DNA from: Candidatus Eiseniibacteriota bacterium
GTDB taxonomy: Bacteria; Eisenbacteria; RBG-16-71-46
Length of the DNA: 64,000 bases
Direction of reading: 5' to 3'
NCBI GenBank assembly: GCA_963776245.1
Contig: CAVZLN010000006.1
Location: forward strand, 192,001 to 256,000
Below, one piece after another: positions 1 to 7,441 of this stretch (positions within the stretch are counted from its first letter, which is position 1; the number at the start of each line of letters is the position of its first letter). Both the position numbers and the translations under genes were made by a program. The notes below the pieces were generated by a model, which worked only from the letters and a program-made list of their open reading frames with translations, was not told the origin of the DNA and did not search any database.

Positions 1-468
1 GCCGCCCGCGCCGACGATGAGCACCTTCTGTCCCGCCCGGATCCGGCCGGAGTCGCGGAGCGCTTGGAGCGCGGTCAACGCGGCCATCCCGGTGGCCGCC
101 GCCTGCTCGAACGTGATGCCGGCCGGCTTGGGAACGAGGTGCTCTTCCCTCGCGACCGCGTACTCCGCGAACGTGCCGACACCGACGCCGAAGACCTCGT
201 CCCCGACGGAGAGCCGGGTCACATCCGCGCCGAGCGCCTCGACCGTGCCCGCCAGGTCGGTGCCGCGGATGCCGAGACGGGGCCTGCGCAGTCCGAACGC
301 CGCGCGCACGATGTAGGGCACGCCGTGCACCCCCGCCCAGTCCGGCGGGTTCAGCGAGGCGGCACGGACGCGCACGAGGACTTCGTCCGCGCCGATCGCG
401 GGAGTGTCGACGTCCTCGAGCCGCATGACGTCGGGCGTGCCATACTCTCTGTGAACTGCGGCCTTCAA
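1..468 (-). CDS. NAD(P)-dependent alcohol dehydrogenase/quinone oxidoreductase (MDR family); cassette gene, 3' end beyond the window
   Basis: Manual translation from TTG at 468 after GAGGGGAG: MKAAVHREYGTPDVMRLEDVDTP...VRVRAASLNPPDW...ALQALRDSGRIRAGQKVLIVGAGG. It runs off the left edge, so it is absent from the ORF track. Confidence 0.85.
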   Translation of the reverse strand, partial: MKAAVHREYGTPDVMRLEDVDTPAIGADEVLVRVRAASLNPPDWAGVHGVPYIVRAAFGLRRPRLGIRGTDLAGTVEALGADVTRLSVGDEVFGVGVGTFAEYAVAREEHLVPKPAGITFEQAAATGMAALTALQALRDSGRIRAGQKVLIVGAGG

Positions 469-497
469 GCTCCCCTCAGGCGATTCCTGGATGGTCG

Positions 498-557
498 GTC
501 GAACGCTCGGGTTCAGCGGCCGCGCGCTGCGCCGTCCGCTGTAACCGGTGGTCAGGC
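498..557 (-). repeat. attC site (60 bp)
   Basis: Minus strand GCCTGAC-CACCGGTTACAGCGGACGGCGCAGCGCGCGGCCGCTGAACCCGAGC-GTTCGAC. The TGA stop of the upstream gene lies inside R''. Confidence 0.9.
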
Positions 558-1211
558 GCCAGGGCGCCGAAGAACGACATGCGTGGCCTTCTCCGACGCC
601 ACGAACTGAACGCACTCGTATCCTGAAGCCCGCAGGTCCACTCCCTCGAACAGTCGTTCTCCACCACCCAACAGGACTGGCGAAATGGCGATGTGCAACT
701 CATCGATGAGCGCGGCATGCAGATACTGCCGCAGGATGTTGGGGCCACCGCCGATGCGTACGTCCTTTCCGTTGGCTGCCTCACGCGCCCGGTCCAGTGC
801 TTCATGGATACCGCCGGTGACGAAATGGAATGTCGTATCGCCCTTCATCTCGACGGGCGGTCGCGCGTGGTGGGTCAGGATGAACACCGGGACGTGATAG
901 GGCGGATCGTCCCCCCACCAGCCTTTCCAGCTCGCGTCGGGCCACGGTCCGCGGATCGGTCCGAACATGTTCCTTCCGAGGATCCAGGCACCCACATCCT
1001 TGAAGCCACGCGCGGCGAAATCGTCATCGATCCCGGTCGTGCCGCCGTCGGCGCCGAACAGAGCCCGCTGGAACGTGCGCGTCGGGACCAACCAGTGGTG
1101 CAAGTCCGTCCCGCCCACGCCGAGCGGATGATCGAGGTCCTGGCCCGGACCAGCCCCGTATCCGTCCAGCGAGATGGTGAAGCCCTCCACTCGTACTCGT
1201 GTCACTCGCAT
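552..1211 (-). CDS. Dihydrofolate reductase/RibD C-terminal family protein
   Basis: ISLDGYGAGP, ILGRNMF, GGG and LIDELHIAISPVLLGGG motifs. Confidence 0.85.
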   Translation of the reverse strand: MRVTRVRVEGFTISLDGYGAGPGQDLDHPLGVGGTDLHHWLVPTRTFQRALFGADGGTTGIDDDFAARGFKDVGAWILGRNMFGPIRGPWPDASWKGWWGDDPPYHVPVFILTHHARPPVEMKGDTTFHFVTGGIHEALDRAREAANGKDVRIGGGPNILRQYLHAALIDELHIAISPVLLGGGERLFEGVDLRASGYECVQFVASEKATHVVLRRPGA

Positions 1212-1238
1212 GTCCCCCTGCTTGGATCGGCGGTCCCC

Positions 1239-1724
1239 TCACTTGCGGAGCGTGGTCGCGGCCACGGCGCGCTTCAGCAGCGCGATCTGGCCAGCATGAT
1301 ACAAGTTGTGCTGAGTGACGCCGATGAACTGCGTGTACGCGGTGTAGGGAACCTCGGGTACGAGGGGTTCATCCAGCCGTTCGTCCGGAAAGTCCCGCAC
1401 TGCCTGCCGCAGCTTCTTGTTCAGCAGCTTGAGCTCCTGCACCGTCTGCTGCCAGTTCTCCTCGGTTGATGCTGGGCAGGCAGGCCAATCTTCAGCCGCC
1501 GTAAGCTGGCGCCCAACGCCCGCCAATCTCCGGAGTACCAGGTCATAGTCACTGCGAAGATGAAGCACGAGTTCCCAGATGCTATGCGCACCAGCGATGG
1601 GATGGCTGGCCGCTTGCGCCGCGGAAATGCCGGCCAGCAACTCGAGTACCGAGGGCCCGTGCCACGCCTCGCCTTCAAGCGCTCGCCTGAGCTGCTCCTC
1701 CAGCCGATTGACTTCCGCGGTCAT
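1239..1724 (-). CDS. DinB/DUF664 family protein
   Basis: AWHGPS, HSIWELVLH and HNLYHAGQI histidine triad. Start ATG 1724 follows GGAGAGG. Confidence 0.85.
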   Translation of the reverse strand: MTAEVNRLEEQLRRALEGEAWHGPSVLELLAGISAAQAASHPIAGAHSIWELVLHLRSDYDLVLRRLAGVGRQLTAAEDWPACPASTEENWQQTVQELKLLNKKLRQAVRDFPDERLDEPLVPEVPYTAYTQFIGVTQHNLYHAGQIALLKRAVAATTLRK

Positions 1725-1743
1725 TCCACGCACCTCTCCATCG

Positions 1744-1763
1744 GCCTACCGCTCCGGTCAGCC
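1744..1763 (-). repeat. Collapsed attC remnant (20 bp)
   Basis: Minus strand GGCTGAC-CGGAGC-GGTAGGC, resembling an R'' box joined directly to the L'-R' end of neighbouring sites (GCTGAACCGGAGGGTCAGGC). Confidence 0.6.
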
Positions 1764-1766
1764 TGA

Positions 1767-2153
1767 TCATTGGCCTTGAGGCGGCTGCCACAGCTCGATC
1801 TTGTTCCCCTCTGGATCAATGACCCAGCCGAACTTCCCGTACTCGGAGTCGTCAATCTTCTCGAGCACATTGCAGCCTTCTTCCATCAAGACCTTGACCA
1901 GGGCGTGGAGGTCTTCCACTCGGTAGTTGACCATGAAGGAAGCCGAGCTCGGAGCGAAATGATCACTCTCTTGCGGATCGATCAACCAGGCGGTCGTGCC
2001 TGCAACCGGCTTGCCCTCGGCGTCGGTCCAATCGAAGGCAGCTCCGCCCCAGGCCTGGACATCGATTCCCAAGTGCCGCTTGTACCAGGCCTGCAGTGAG
2101 GGAGCGTCCTTGGCCTTGAAGAAGATGCCGCCGATGCCAGTGACTCGTTTCAT
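1767..2153 (-). CDS. VOC/glyoxalase family protein
   Basis: MKRVTGIGGIFFK...WY, FMVNYRV and YGKFGWVIDPEGNKIELWQP motifs. Confidence 0.9.
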   Translation of the reverse strand: MKRVTGIGGIFFKAKDAPSLQAWYKRHLGIDVQAWGGAAFDWTDAEGKPVAGTTAWLIDPQESDHFAPSSASFMVNYRVEDLHALVKVLMEEGCNVLEKIDDSEYGKFGWVIDPEGNKIELWQPPQGQ

Positions 2154-2199
2154 GTGAGCTCCGATGCGCGGTGGTGGTGAAAGCCATGATTCTTCTGCG

Positions 2200-2263
2200 G
2201 CCTGACCCTCCGGTTCAGCGGCGGGCCGCGCAGCGGACCGTCTGCTGCAACCGGTTGTTGGGC
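2200..2263 (-). repeat. attC site (64 bp)
   Basis: Minus strand GCCCAAC-AACCGGTTGCAGCAGACGGTCCGCTGCGCGGCCCGCCGCTGAACCGGAGG-GTCAGGC. Confidence 0.9.
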
Positions 2264-2700
2264 AGCGGTTGTGTTCCCTTCTCCCACCGCTCGATCCCCC
2301 CTGGCACGACCCGGAACAATGGGTGCGTCTCAGGGTGCTCCACCTGTTCGAGCCCGTCGCAGAGCTCCGGATCGCGGATCGCCAGCTTCGTCTTCAGGTG
2401 ATCCCACTCATGCTCGACCTGACCGCGAGTCACGGCAATGATCCCAGCGCCGCGCGCAGAGCTGATCTTCCGGGCCACAAACCTGTAACCACGGCCAACG
2501 GCCTCTGCCTGGACAGCCCGAAGGTAATCGGCGATCGAGCCGAGGGGGTAAGGCTGATCCCGGAAGCGTTCCAGTTGAGGGTGATGCCGGTAGCCGGTTG
2601 TTCGACCCCTCAGGACCGCCTGTGCAAGCAGGGCCTCGCGCCAGAGCGCAACGAGCCCGCGCGCATCGAGGTATTTCGGATGCAATGACCAGAGGCGCAT
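2215..2700 (-). CDS. Pyrimidine dimer DNA glycosylase/T4 endonuclease V family protein
   Basis: MRLWSLHPKYLD..GLVALWREALLAQAVL.G.T.GY.HHPQL.RF signature. Confidence 0.88.
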   Translation of the reverse strand: MRLWSLHPKYLDARGLVALWREALLAQAVLRGRTTGYRHHPQLERFRDQPYPLGSIADYLRAVQAEAVGRGYRFVARKISSARGAGIIAVTRGQVEHEWDHLKTKLAIRDPELCDGLEQVEHPETHPLFRVVPGGIERWEKGTQPLPNNRLQQTVRCAARR

Positions 2701-2728
2701 GCGTCAGATCGCCCTTCAACGTTCGTCT

Positions 2729-2785
2729 ACCCAACGCTCGGGTTCAGCGCGGGCAAAGCCCGTCCGCTGCTGTGCGTGGTCAGCC
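2729..2785 (-). repeat. attC site (57 bp)
   Basis: Minus strand GGCTGAC-CACGCACAGCAGCGGACGGGCTTTGCCCGCGCTGAACCCGAGC-GTTGGGT. Confidence 0.85.
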
Positions 2786-3409
2786 GGCCTCCGGCACACC
2801 GTCGAAGAAATCCACGACTCCAGCCTCCAATGAATACTCCGCCCCTACGACGAGCAGTCCATCTCTTTGGATCATTCGCTCGAGGACTTCCGATCCGTGT
2901 CGCAGATGGTTTGCGGAGGCGCGGATGTTGGCCCTGACGGCTTGCCGCACCAGGGCATCCGGGTCGTCCCTGAGTTCTGTCGCCAGCAACGCCTCCACGG
3001 ATGGCCGAACGCGATCAACGATCGAGCGCAGATTCCGCGACTGGTTCTCCGTCGGCCGCCGAAGTTCTTCCAAGGTGGCCAGAACGGCGCCGCACTGAGA
3101 ATGCCCCAGCACCACCACCAACCGTGTGCCGAACCTCGCCGCGGCGAACTCGACACTGCCGACTTGGGAGGAAGCGACTATGTTGCCAGCAACACGGATG
3201 ACAAACAGGTCGCCAAGGCCTTGGTCGAAGACGATCTCTGCCGGCACCCGCGAGTCGGAGCATCCGAGAATGATGGCGAACGGCTCCTGACCTGCCACCA
3301 ACTCGCCACGGCGCGTCTGGCTCGTGACCGCGGCGGGGCTCCGAACGTCGGAACTGAACCGACGGTTCCCCTCTCGCAGGCGTTCGAGTGCTTCTCGCGC
3401 GGAGATCAT
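2780..3409 (-). CDS. Beta-class carbonic anhydrase
   Basis: CSDSRV, GDLFVIRVAGN and HSQCGA zinc-ligand motifs. The start is trimmed to MISAREAL, downstream of the attC. Confidence 0.93.
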   Translation of the reverse strand: MISAREALERLREGNRRFSSDVRSPAAVTSQTRRGELVAGQEPFAIILGCSDSRVPAEIVFDQGLGDLFVIRVAGNIVASSQVGSVEFAAARFGTRLVVVLGHSQCGAVLATLEELRRPTENQSRNLRSIVDRVRPSVEALLATELRDDPDALVRQAVRANIRASANHLRHGSEVLERMIQRDGLLVVGAEYSLEAGVVDFFDGVPEAG

Positions 3410-3428
3410 CTGCGCTTCATCCTCGTCC

Positions 3429-3513
3429 GGCCAACGCGGGTCGCGCTGATGCGGGGCGTGCGCAAGCACAACCCGTAACAGTGTGGACTGACAGCTTCAC
3501 AGCCTTGTTGGGC
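3429..3513 (-). repeat. attC site with an apparent internal deletion (L' box missing)
   Basis: Minus strand GCCCAAC-AAGGCTGTGAAGCTG...GTGCTTGCGCAC...GCGACCCGC-GTTGGCC. No complement of GTGAAGCTG (expected about CAGCTTAC) precedes R'. Confidence 0.7.
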
Positions 3514-3606
3514 GGCATTGTTCGCTCAGTGATCCGACAGGCCATACCCCCACAGCCCCGAGTACAGGTCGCACGGTCGACTCCCCGGGGGGATCGTCTC
3601 CTCTCG

Positions 3607-3625
3607 GCCCGACGCCCGCGATCAG
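3607..3625 (-). repeat. attC right-half remnant
   Basis: Minus strand CTGATCGCGGGC-GTCGGGC, with the same spacing as the CTGAACCCGAGC-GTT ends of intact sites. It overlaps the stop of the ICMT fragment. Confidence 0.5.
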
Positions 3626-3820
3626 TAGACGAATGGGATGAGCTTGCGCACGCGCCGCTGGTAGGCGACATAGCCTGGGAACCGCTCCGTCAACCACTTC
3701 TCTTCTCTCCGCGCCTTGGCGTCGAGGAACACGAACAGGGCCACCACGTATCCTAGCGTGAGCCAGCTCTGGACGACCAACGCCCATCGCGAGGGCGAGA
3801 ACGATCCCACCGTTGTACAT
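3622..3820 (-). pseudogene. C-terminal fragment of an isoprenylcysteine carboxylmethyltransferase (ICMT/PEMT) family gene, frameshifted
   Basis: MYNGGIVLA in one frame, then WALVVQSWLTLGY...KARREEKWLTERFPGYVAYQRRVRKLIPFVY in another. The N-terminus is absent. Confidence 0.7.
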
Positions 3821-3980
3821 CAACGATGAGCGCGTGCGACTCAGGCGAACACTGCCTCGCGTGCTCCATCGCCCGAGCTGGATTGCCCCACCACTTCGCC
3901 ACGTGTGGCTGTGCGAGCCAGCGGAGGAGCATCTCCGAATCCCGCCTTGGGTCGAAGGCCCGGAGTGTGACCTTGTGCAT
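3815..3980 (-). pseudogene. N-terminal fragment of a GNAT acetyltransferase (AAC(6')-Ib/IucB-like N-terminus)
   Basis: MHKVTLRAFDPRRDSEMLLRWLAQPHVAKWWG; resemblance to the family ends after about 55 aa, at the junction with the ICMT fragment. Confidence 0.7.
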
Positions 3981-4006
3981 TCCGCGCGTTCTCTTCCCTT
4001 CGGTCC

Positions 4007-4103
4007 GCCTAACGCTCGCGCCCACCCGCGGCCCGCGCTACTCCAGCGAAGCTCGAAGGGTCGCGTTTCGGCGCGGGCCGTCGGGTTCAGCGCGTGGTCA
4101 GGG
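4007..4103 (-). repeat. attC site (97 bp)
   Basis: Minus strand CCCTGAC-CACGCGCTGAACCCGACGGCCCGCGC...GCGCGGGCCGCGGGTGGGCGCGAGC-GTTAGGC. Confidence 0.85.
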
Positions 4104-4700
4104 GGCCATACTCCCGCCGCGCGAAGCACTGCCCATGAGCACGCGCGTAACTGCAACCACCGAGGACCCAGCTACAACCAGCATGCCCGCCCAGACCGCA
4201 GGGTATCCAGTCACCTGCGCGAGGTGGTAGAGATCTCCGCGTCCCCCGAGGGCGAAAGCCACGGCCTCGCAGATGACGTCGAAAGCGGGTCGCAGGCAAA
4301 GCAACATGAGCGCCACTCCGAGCGCAAACGGGTGCCTCAAACGACCTCTGCGCAGCGCGAAGAAGCCGACCGCAACACTCAGACCATCCAAGAGATACGG
4401 CGCGCCAGTCATCGCGAGTTGCTGCCAGCGCGCCTGGAGACCCTGAGGCGTAATCCACGCGCGCCCGAACTCACCATGCCAGAAGCTGGGAATCAGCTTG
4501 ACCTCCGTAACGGTGCCGCCAACTACGTAGGTGCCGAGAACGTGACTCAGTTCATGAATCGGCGCATACGTCAGGTACCACAGCACCGGAATCGCCAGCA
4601 GACAAGGGATGACGACACGCAGGGGCCAGCGTCCCGCCAGGTACAGAATCAGCAGAGGGGCAACCACGACGACGAGGATCTCGAGCGTGACCAGTAGCAT
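4098..4700 (-). CDS. Membrane protein with HExxH motif (putative M50-like/zincin metallopeptidase); first cassette
   Basis: Several hydrophobic helices, plus APIHELSH, GAPY and GDL motifs. ATG 4700 follows GGAGAG. Confidence 0.65.
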   Translation of the reverse strand: MLLVTLEILVVVVAPLLILYLAGRWPLRVVIPCLLAIPVLWYLTYAPIHELSHVLGTYVVGGTVTEVKLIPSFWHGEFGRAWITPQGLQARWQQLAMTGAPYLLDGLSVAVGFFALRRGRLRHPFALGVALMLLCLRPAFDVICEAVAFALGGRGDLYHLAQVTGYPAVWAGMLVVAGSSVVAVTRVLMGSASRGGSMAP

Positions 4701-4749
4701 GCTGCTCTCCAAGTCCTGCGTGCCAGTCCCGCGGCCACCTAACGCGAAT

Positions 4750-4782
4750 GGGACAGCCCATCACTGCCCGATGGGCTGCCCC
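4750..4782 (-). terminator. Terminator-like hairpin after the acyl-CoA dehydrogenase gene, 6 bp before the array core site
   Basis: Minus strand GGGGCAGCCCATC-GGGCAGT-GATGGGCTGTCCC, a 13-bp stem with one G-U pair and no U-tract. Confidence 0.55.
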
Positions 4783-4784
4783 GC

Positions 4785-6671
4785 CTACTTCCCTCCCGTC
4801 GCCCCGGGCTCCGTGCCCGGCGCGGGCACGATCCCGCGCTCGAGCCACGTGTAGCGTCCGTCGAGGAACGCGCGGGCGACGCCGTACTGCTCGACGTCGT
4901 CGTTGTCGCGCACGCCGTCGAACAGCGCCTCGACCCGGCGGCGCGAGGCCCGGCAGAACGCCGCCGCGACCTCGAACGGGGTGCGGTCGCCGCCGTTCGC
5001 CTTCACGTCCCGCGCGGCCCGCGTGCACACCGCGGACATGGCGTAGAGCTCGGCGCCGATGTCCACGCAGCGGAACAGCAGCCCCTGGCGCTTCTCGAGC
5101 GCCGCGCCCTGGGTGACCATGAGGTGGAACAGCTGGCGTGCCAGCCGGCGCGAGGAGCGCTCGACGTAGCCAAGGTGAGGCGCCAGCGGACCGAACTCGG
5201 AGTACGCCGGCCACCGGCCCCAACCCAGCCAGCGGCTCGGGTACCACACCGCGTAGAACAGGCCCGCGCGCACCAGCCCGGCGAGGCGCCGTCCGAGCGG
5301 CACGTTCGGCATCACCACATCGCCCGCCACCTTGAGGTGCACGTCGAGCGCCTCGCGCGCGATGAACAGGCGCATCACCTGGTTCGAGCCCTCGAAGATG
5401 CGGTTGATGCGCATGTCGCGCACCACGCGCTCGAGCGCGATCGGGGCCTCGCCGCGCGAGGCGAGCGAGGGGGCGGTCTCGTAGCCGCGGCCGCCGCGCA
5501 CCTGGAGCGCGTCGTCCACCAGCCCCCACGCCACGTCGGTGTTCCACAGCTTGGCGATCGCCGCCTCGAGACGGATGTCGCTGCGGCCGCGATCGGCGAG
5601 CAGGGTGCCGAGGTCGCTCACCGCTTCCAGCGCGTACGTGTCGGCGGTCATCTTCGCGAGGATCGCCCCGATCGCCTCGTGCTTGCCGACTGCGCGGCCC
5701 CACTGCACGCGCTGGTTGGCCCACGCCCGGCACACCCCGAGGCACCACTTGGCCGCGGCCGCGCACCCGGCGGGCAGCGTGAGCCGCCCGGTGTTGAGCG
5801 TGATGAGCGCGAGCTTGAGACCCTTGCCCTCGCCCCACAGCAGGTTCTCCTTCGGCACGCGCACGTCGGTGAACTTCAGCACCGCGTTCTCGATGCCGCG
5901 GATGCCCATGAACTGCAGGCGCTGCGCGACCTCGACGCCCGGCCACGACATCTCGACCACGAACGCGCTGATCGGCCCGGGCTTGCCGTCCTTGCCCGGG
6001 GTGCGCGCCATCACCACCATCAGCTCGGCGTTGGTGCCGTTGGTGATCCACAGCTTCTGCCCGTTGAGGAGGTACGCGCTGCCGTCCGGGGTGGGCATCG
6101 CGGTGGTGGTCATGCGCGCGGGGTCGGAGCCCACCTCGCTCTCGGTGAGCGCGAACGCCGAGATCGCGCCCTTCGCCAGCCGCGGCAGGAAGCGCTTCTT
6201 CTGCTCCTCGGTGCCGAACATCTTCACCGGCCCGGGCACGCCGATGGACTGGTGCGCCGAGAGCAGCGCCACGATCGGCGCCGACACCGAACCGATGAGG
6301 GACATGGCGTGGCAATAGGTGTACTGCGAGAGCCCGAGCCCGCCGTACTCGCGCGGGATCTTGATGCCGAACGCCCCCATCGCCTTGAGGCCGTCCACCA
6401 CCTCCTGCGGGATACGGTCCTCGCGCTCGATGCGCTCGGCGTCCACCTGCGTCTTCATGAAGCGCTCGAGCGTGGCGAGGAAGGCGCCGGCGCGCTGCTG
6501 CTCCTCGGGGTCGGGCTCGGGATAGGGATGGATGAGATGCAGATCGAGCCGCCCGAGGAACAGTTCGCGGACGAACGAGGGCGCCTCCCAGGTGGTCTCA
6601 CGCGCGGCCTCGGCGACGGAACGCGCCTCCTGCTCGCTGGCGTGTGCGGCCGGCTGCTTCGGATCGCTCAT
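4785..6671 (-). CDS. Acyl-CoA dehydrogenase (long form, ACAD9/VLCAD-like)
   Basis: AFALTESEVGSD, LNGQKLWITNG, ALQVRGGRGY and RIFEGSNQV motifs. Confidence 0.95.
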   Translation of the reverse strand: MSDPKQPAAHASEQEARSVAEAARETTWEAPSFVRELFLGRLDLHLIHPYPEPDPEEQQRAGAFLATLERFMKTQVDAERIEREDRIPQEVVDGLKAMGAFGIKIPREYGGLGLSQYTYCHAMSLIGSVSAPIVALLSAHQSIGVPGPVKMFGTEEQKKRFLPRLAKGAISAFALTESEVGSDPARMTTTAMPTPDGSAYLLNGQKLWITNGTNAELMVVMARTPGKDGKPGPISAFVVEMSWPGVEVAQRLQFMGIRGIENAVLKFTDVRVPKENLLWGEGKGLKLALITLNTGRLTLPAGCAAAAKWCLGVCRAWANQRVQWGRAVGKHEAIGAILAKMTADTYALEAVSDLGTLLADRGRSDIRLEAAIAKLWNTDVAWGLVDDALQVRGGRGYETAPSLASRGEAPIALERVVRDMRINRIFEGSNQVMRLFIAREALDVHLKVAGDVVMPNVPLGRRLAGLVRAGLFYAVWYPSRWLGWGRWPAYSEFGPLAPHLGYVERSSRRLARQLFHLMVTQGAALEKRQGLLFRCVDIGAELYAMSAVCTRAARDVKANGGDRTPFEVAAAFCRASRRRVEALFDGVRDNDDVEQYGVARAFLDGRYTWLERGIVPAPGTEPGATGGK

Positions 6672-6809
6672 GCACATCCCTTCCGTGGAGCGCCGGCAAG
6701 AGACCGGCGCCGGTGCAGTGGTGCGGAACCCGGGTCGCGCGCAGGTTAGCGCGGCGTCATTCCCCGGGTCCATCGGCAACCCCGGGCGCGGACTCCAGCG
6801 CCACGGGGA

Positions 6810-7352
6810 TCAGGACTCGCGTGCGCTCACCAGCACCATCACCTGCCATAGCCGGGGCAGCCGCAGGTGGCGCGTGAAGTGGCCGGGGAAGGCGCGCCAT
6901 TCATGCACCGTGACGCGACCCCCGAACTCCCACGGCACCCAGCCCGAGCGGTGGGTCTCGAACGGCATGCCGGGGATCTCCTGCCGCCGGAAGCCCCACG
7001 GCGTGGTGACGAGCACGCGCCTGGCGCGGCGGGTGATGGACTCCAGCACCGCCCACGCCACCGGCTTCTCGAAGTGCTCGATGACGTCGAGGAACAGCGC
7101 GAGGTCGTAGCGCGGCGCGTCGGCCGGGAGCACCTCGCCGAGGCGCGCGACATCGCCCAGGTAGACGTGGTCGTACACCGCGTAGCGCGGCGGGTTCACG
7201 TCCACCGCGTCGACGCGCTCCGCGTCGGAGTACTCGCGCGCCAGCAGCCCGTACTTCCCGAACCCCGCGCCGACGTCGAGCACGGTGCGCGGCTGCTCGC
7301 GCGCGACCACGTCGCACACGTACGGGATCTGCCACGCTTCGGAGGTCGGCAT
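6810..7352 (-). CDS. Class I SAM-dependent methyltransferase
   Basis: VLDVGAGFGKYG and DVIEHF motifs. Confidence 0.85.
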   Translation of the reverse strand: MPTSEAWQIPYVCDVVAREQPRTVLDVGAGFGKYGLLAREYSDAERVDAVDVNPPRYAVYDHVYLGDVARLGEVLPADAPRYDLALFLDVIEHFEKPVAWAVLESITRRARRVLVTTPWGFRRQEIPGMPFETHRSGWVPWEFGGRVTVHEWRAFPGHFTRHLRLPRLWQVMVLVSARES

Positions 7353-7441
7353 GGGCGCAGGGTCGCACACCGGCGCGGAAAGGCTCAAATCTCAAGGCGG
7401 AGGTCATCCGCCCGCCGGCCCCGGAGCGGGCGTGGCCGGCT

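Larger units (their letters stand above)
1..4743 (-). mobile_element. Integron-type gene cassette array with no integrase at its head (CALIN-like), continuing beyond the left edge
   Basis: Short, co-oriented, unrelated ORFs separated by attC-like imperfect palindromes with R''/R' boxes. The sequence is visibly less GC-rich than the backbone. The first core site GTTAGGT is at 4737-4743. Confidence 0.9.

Noticed and set aside
552..1211. Trimethoprim-resistance dfr cassette
   Set aside because: The length (219 aa) and motifs fit the RibD C-terminal-like family, not DfrA or DfrB.
3753..4025. Functional aac(6') aminoglycoside resistance gene
   Set aside because: Only about 55 N-terminal residues resemble a GNAT; the acetyl-CoA-binding core is missing.
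4744..6800. Integron integrase or attI next to the first cassette
   Set aside because: No tyrosine recombinase motifs (R...HxxR...Y) in any ORF here; the space is filled by the acyl-CoA dehydrogenase.
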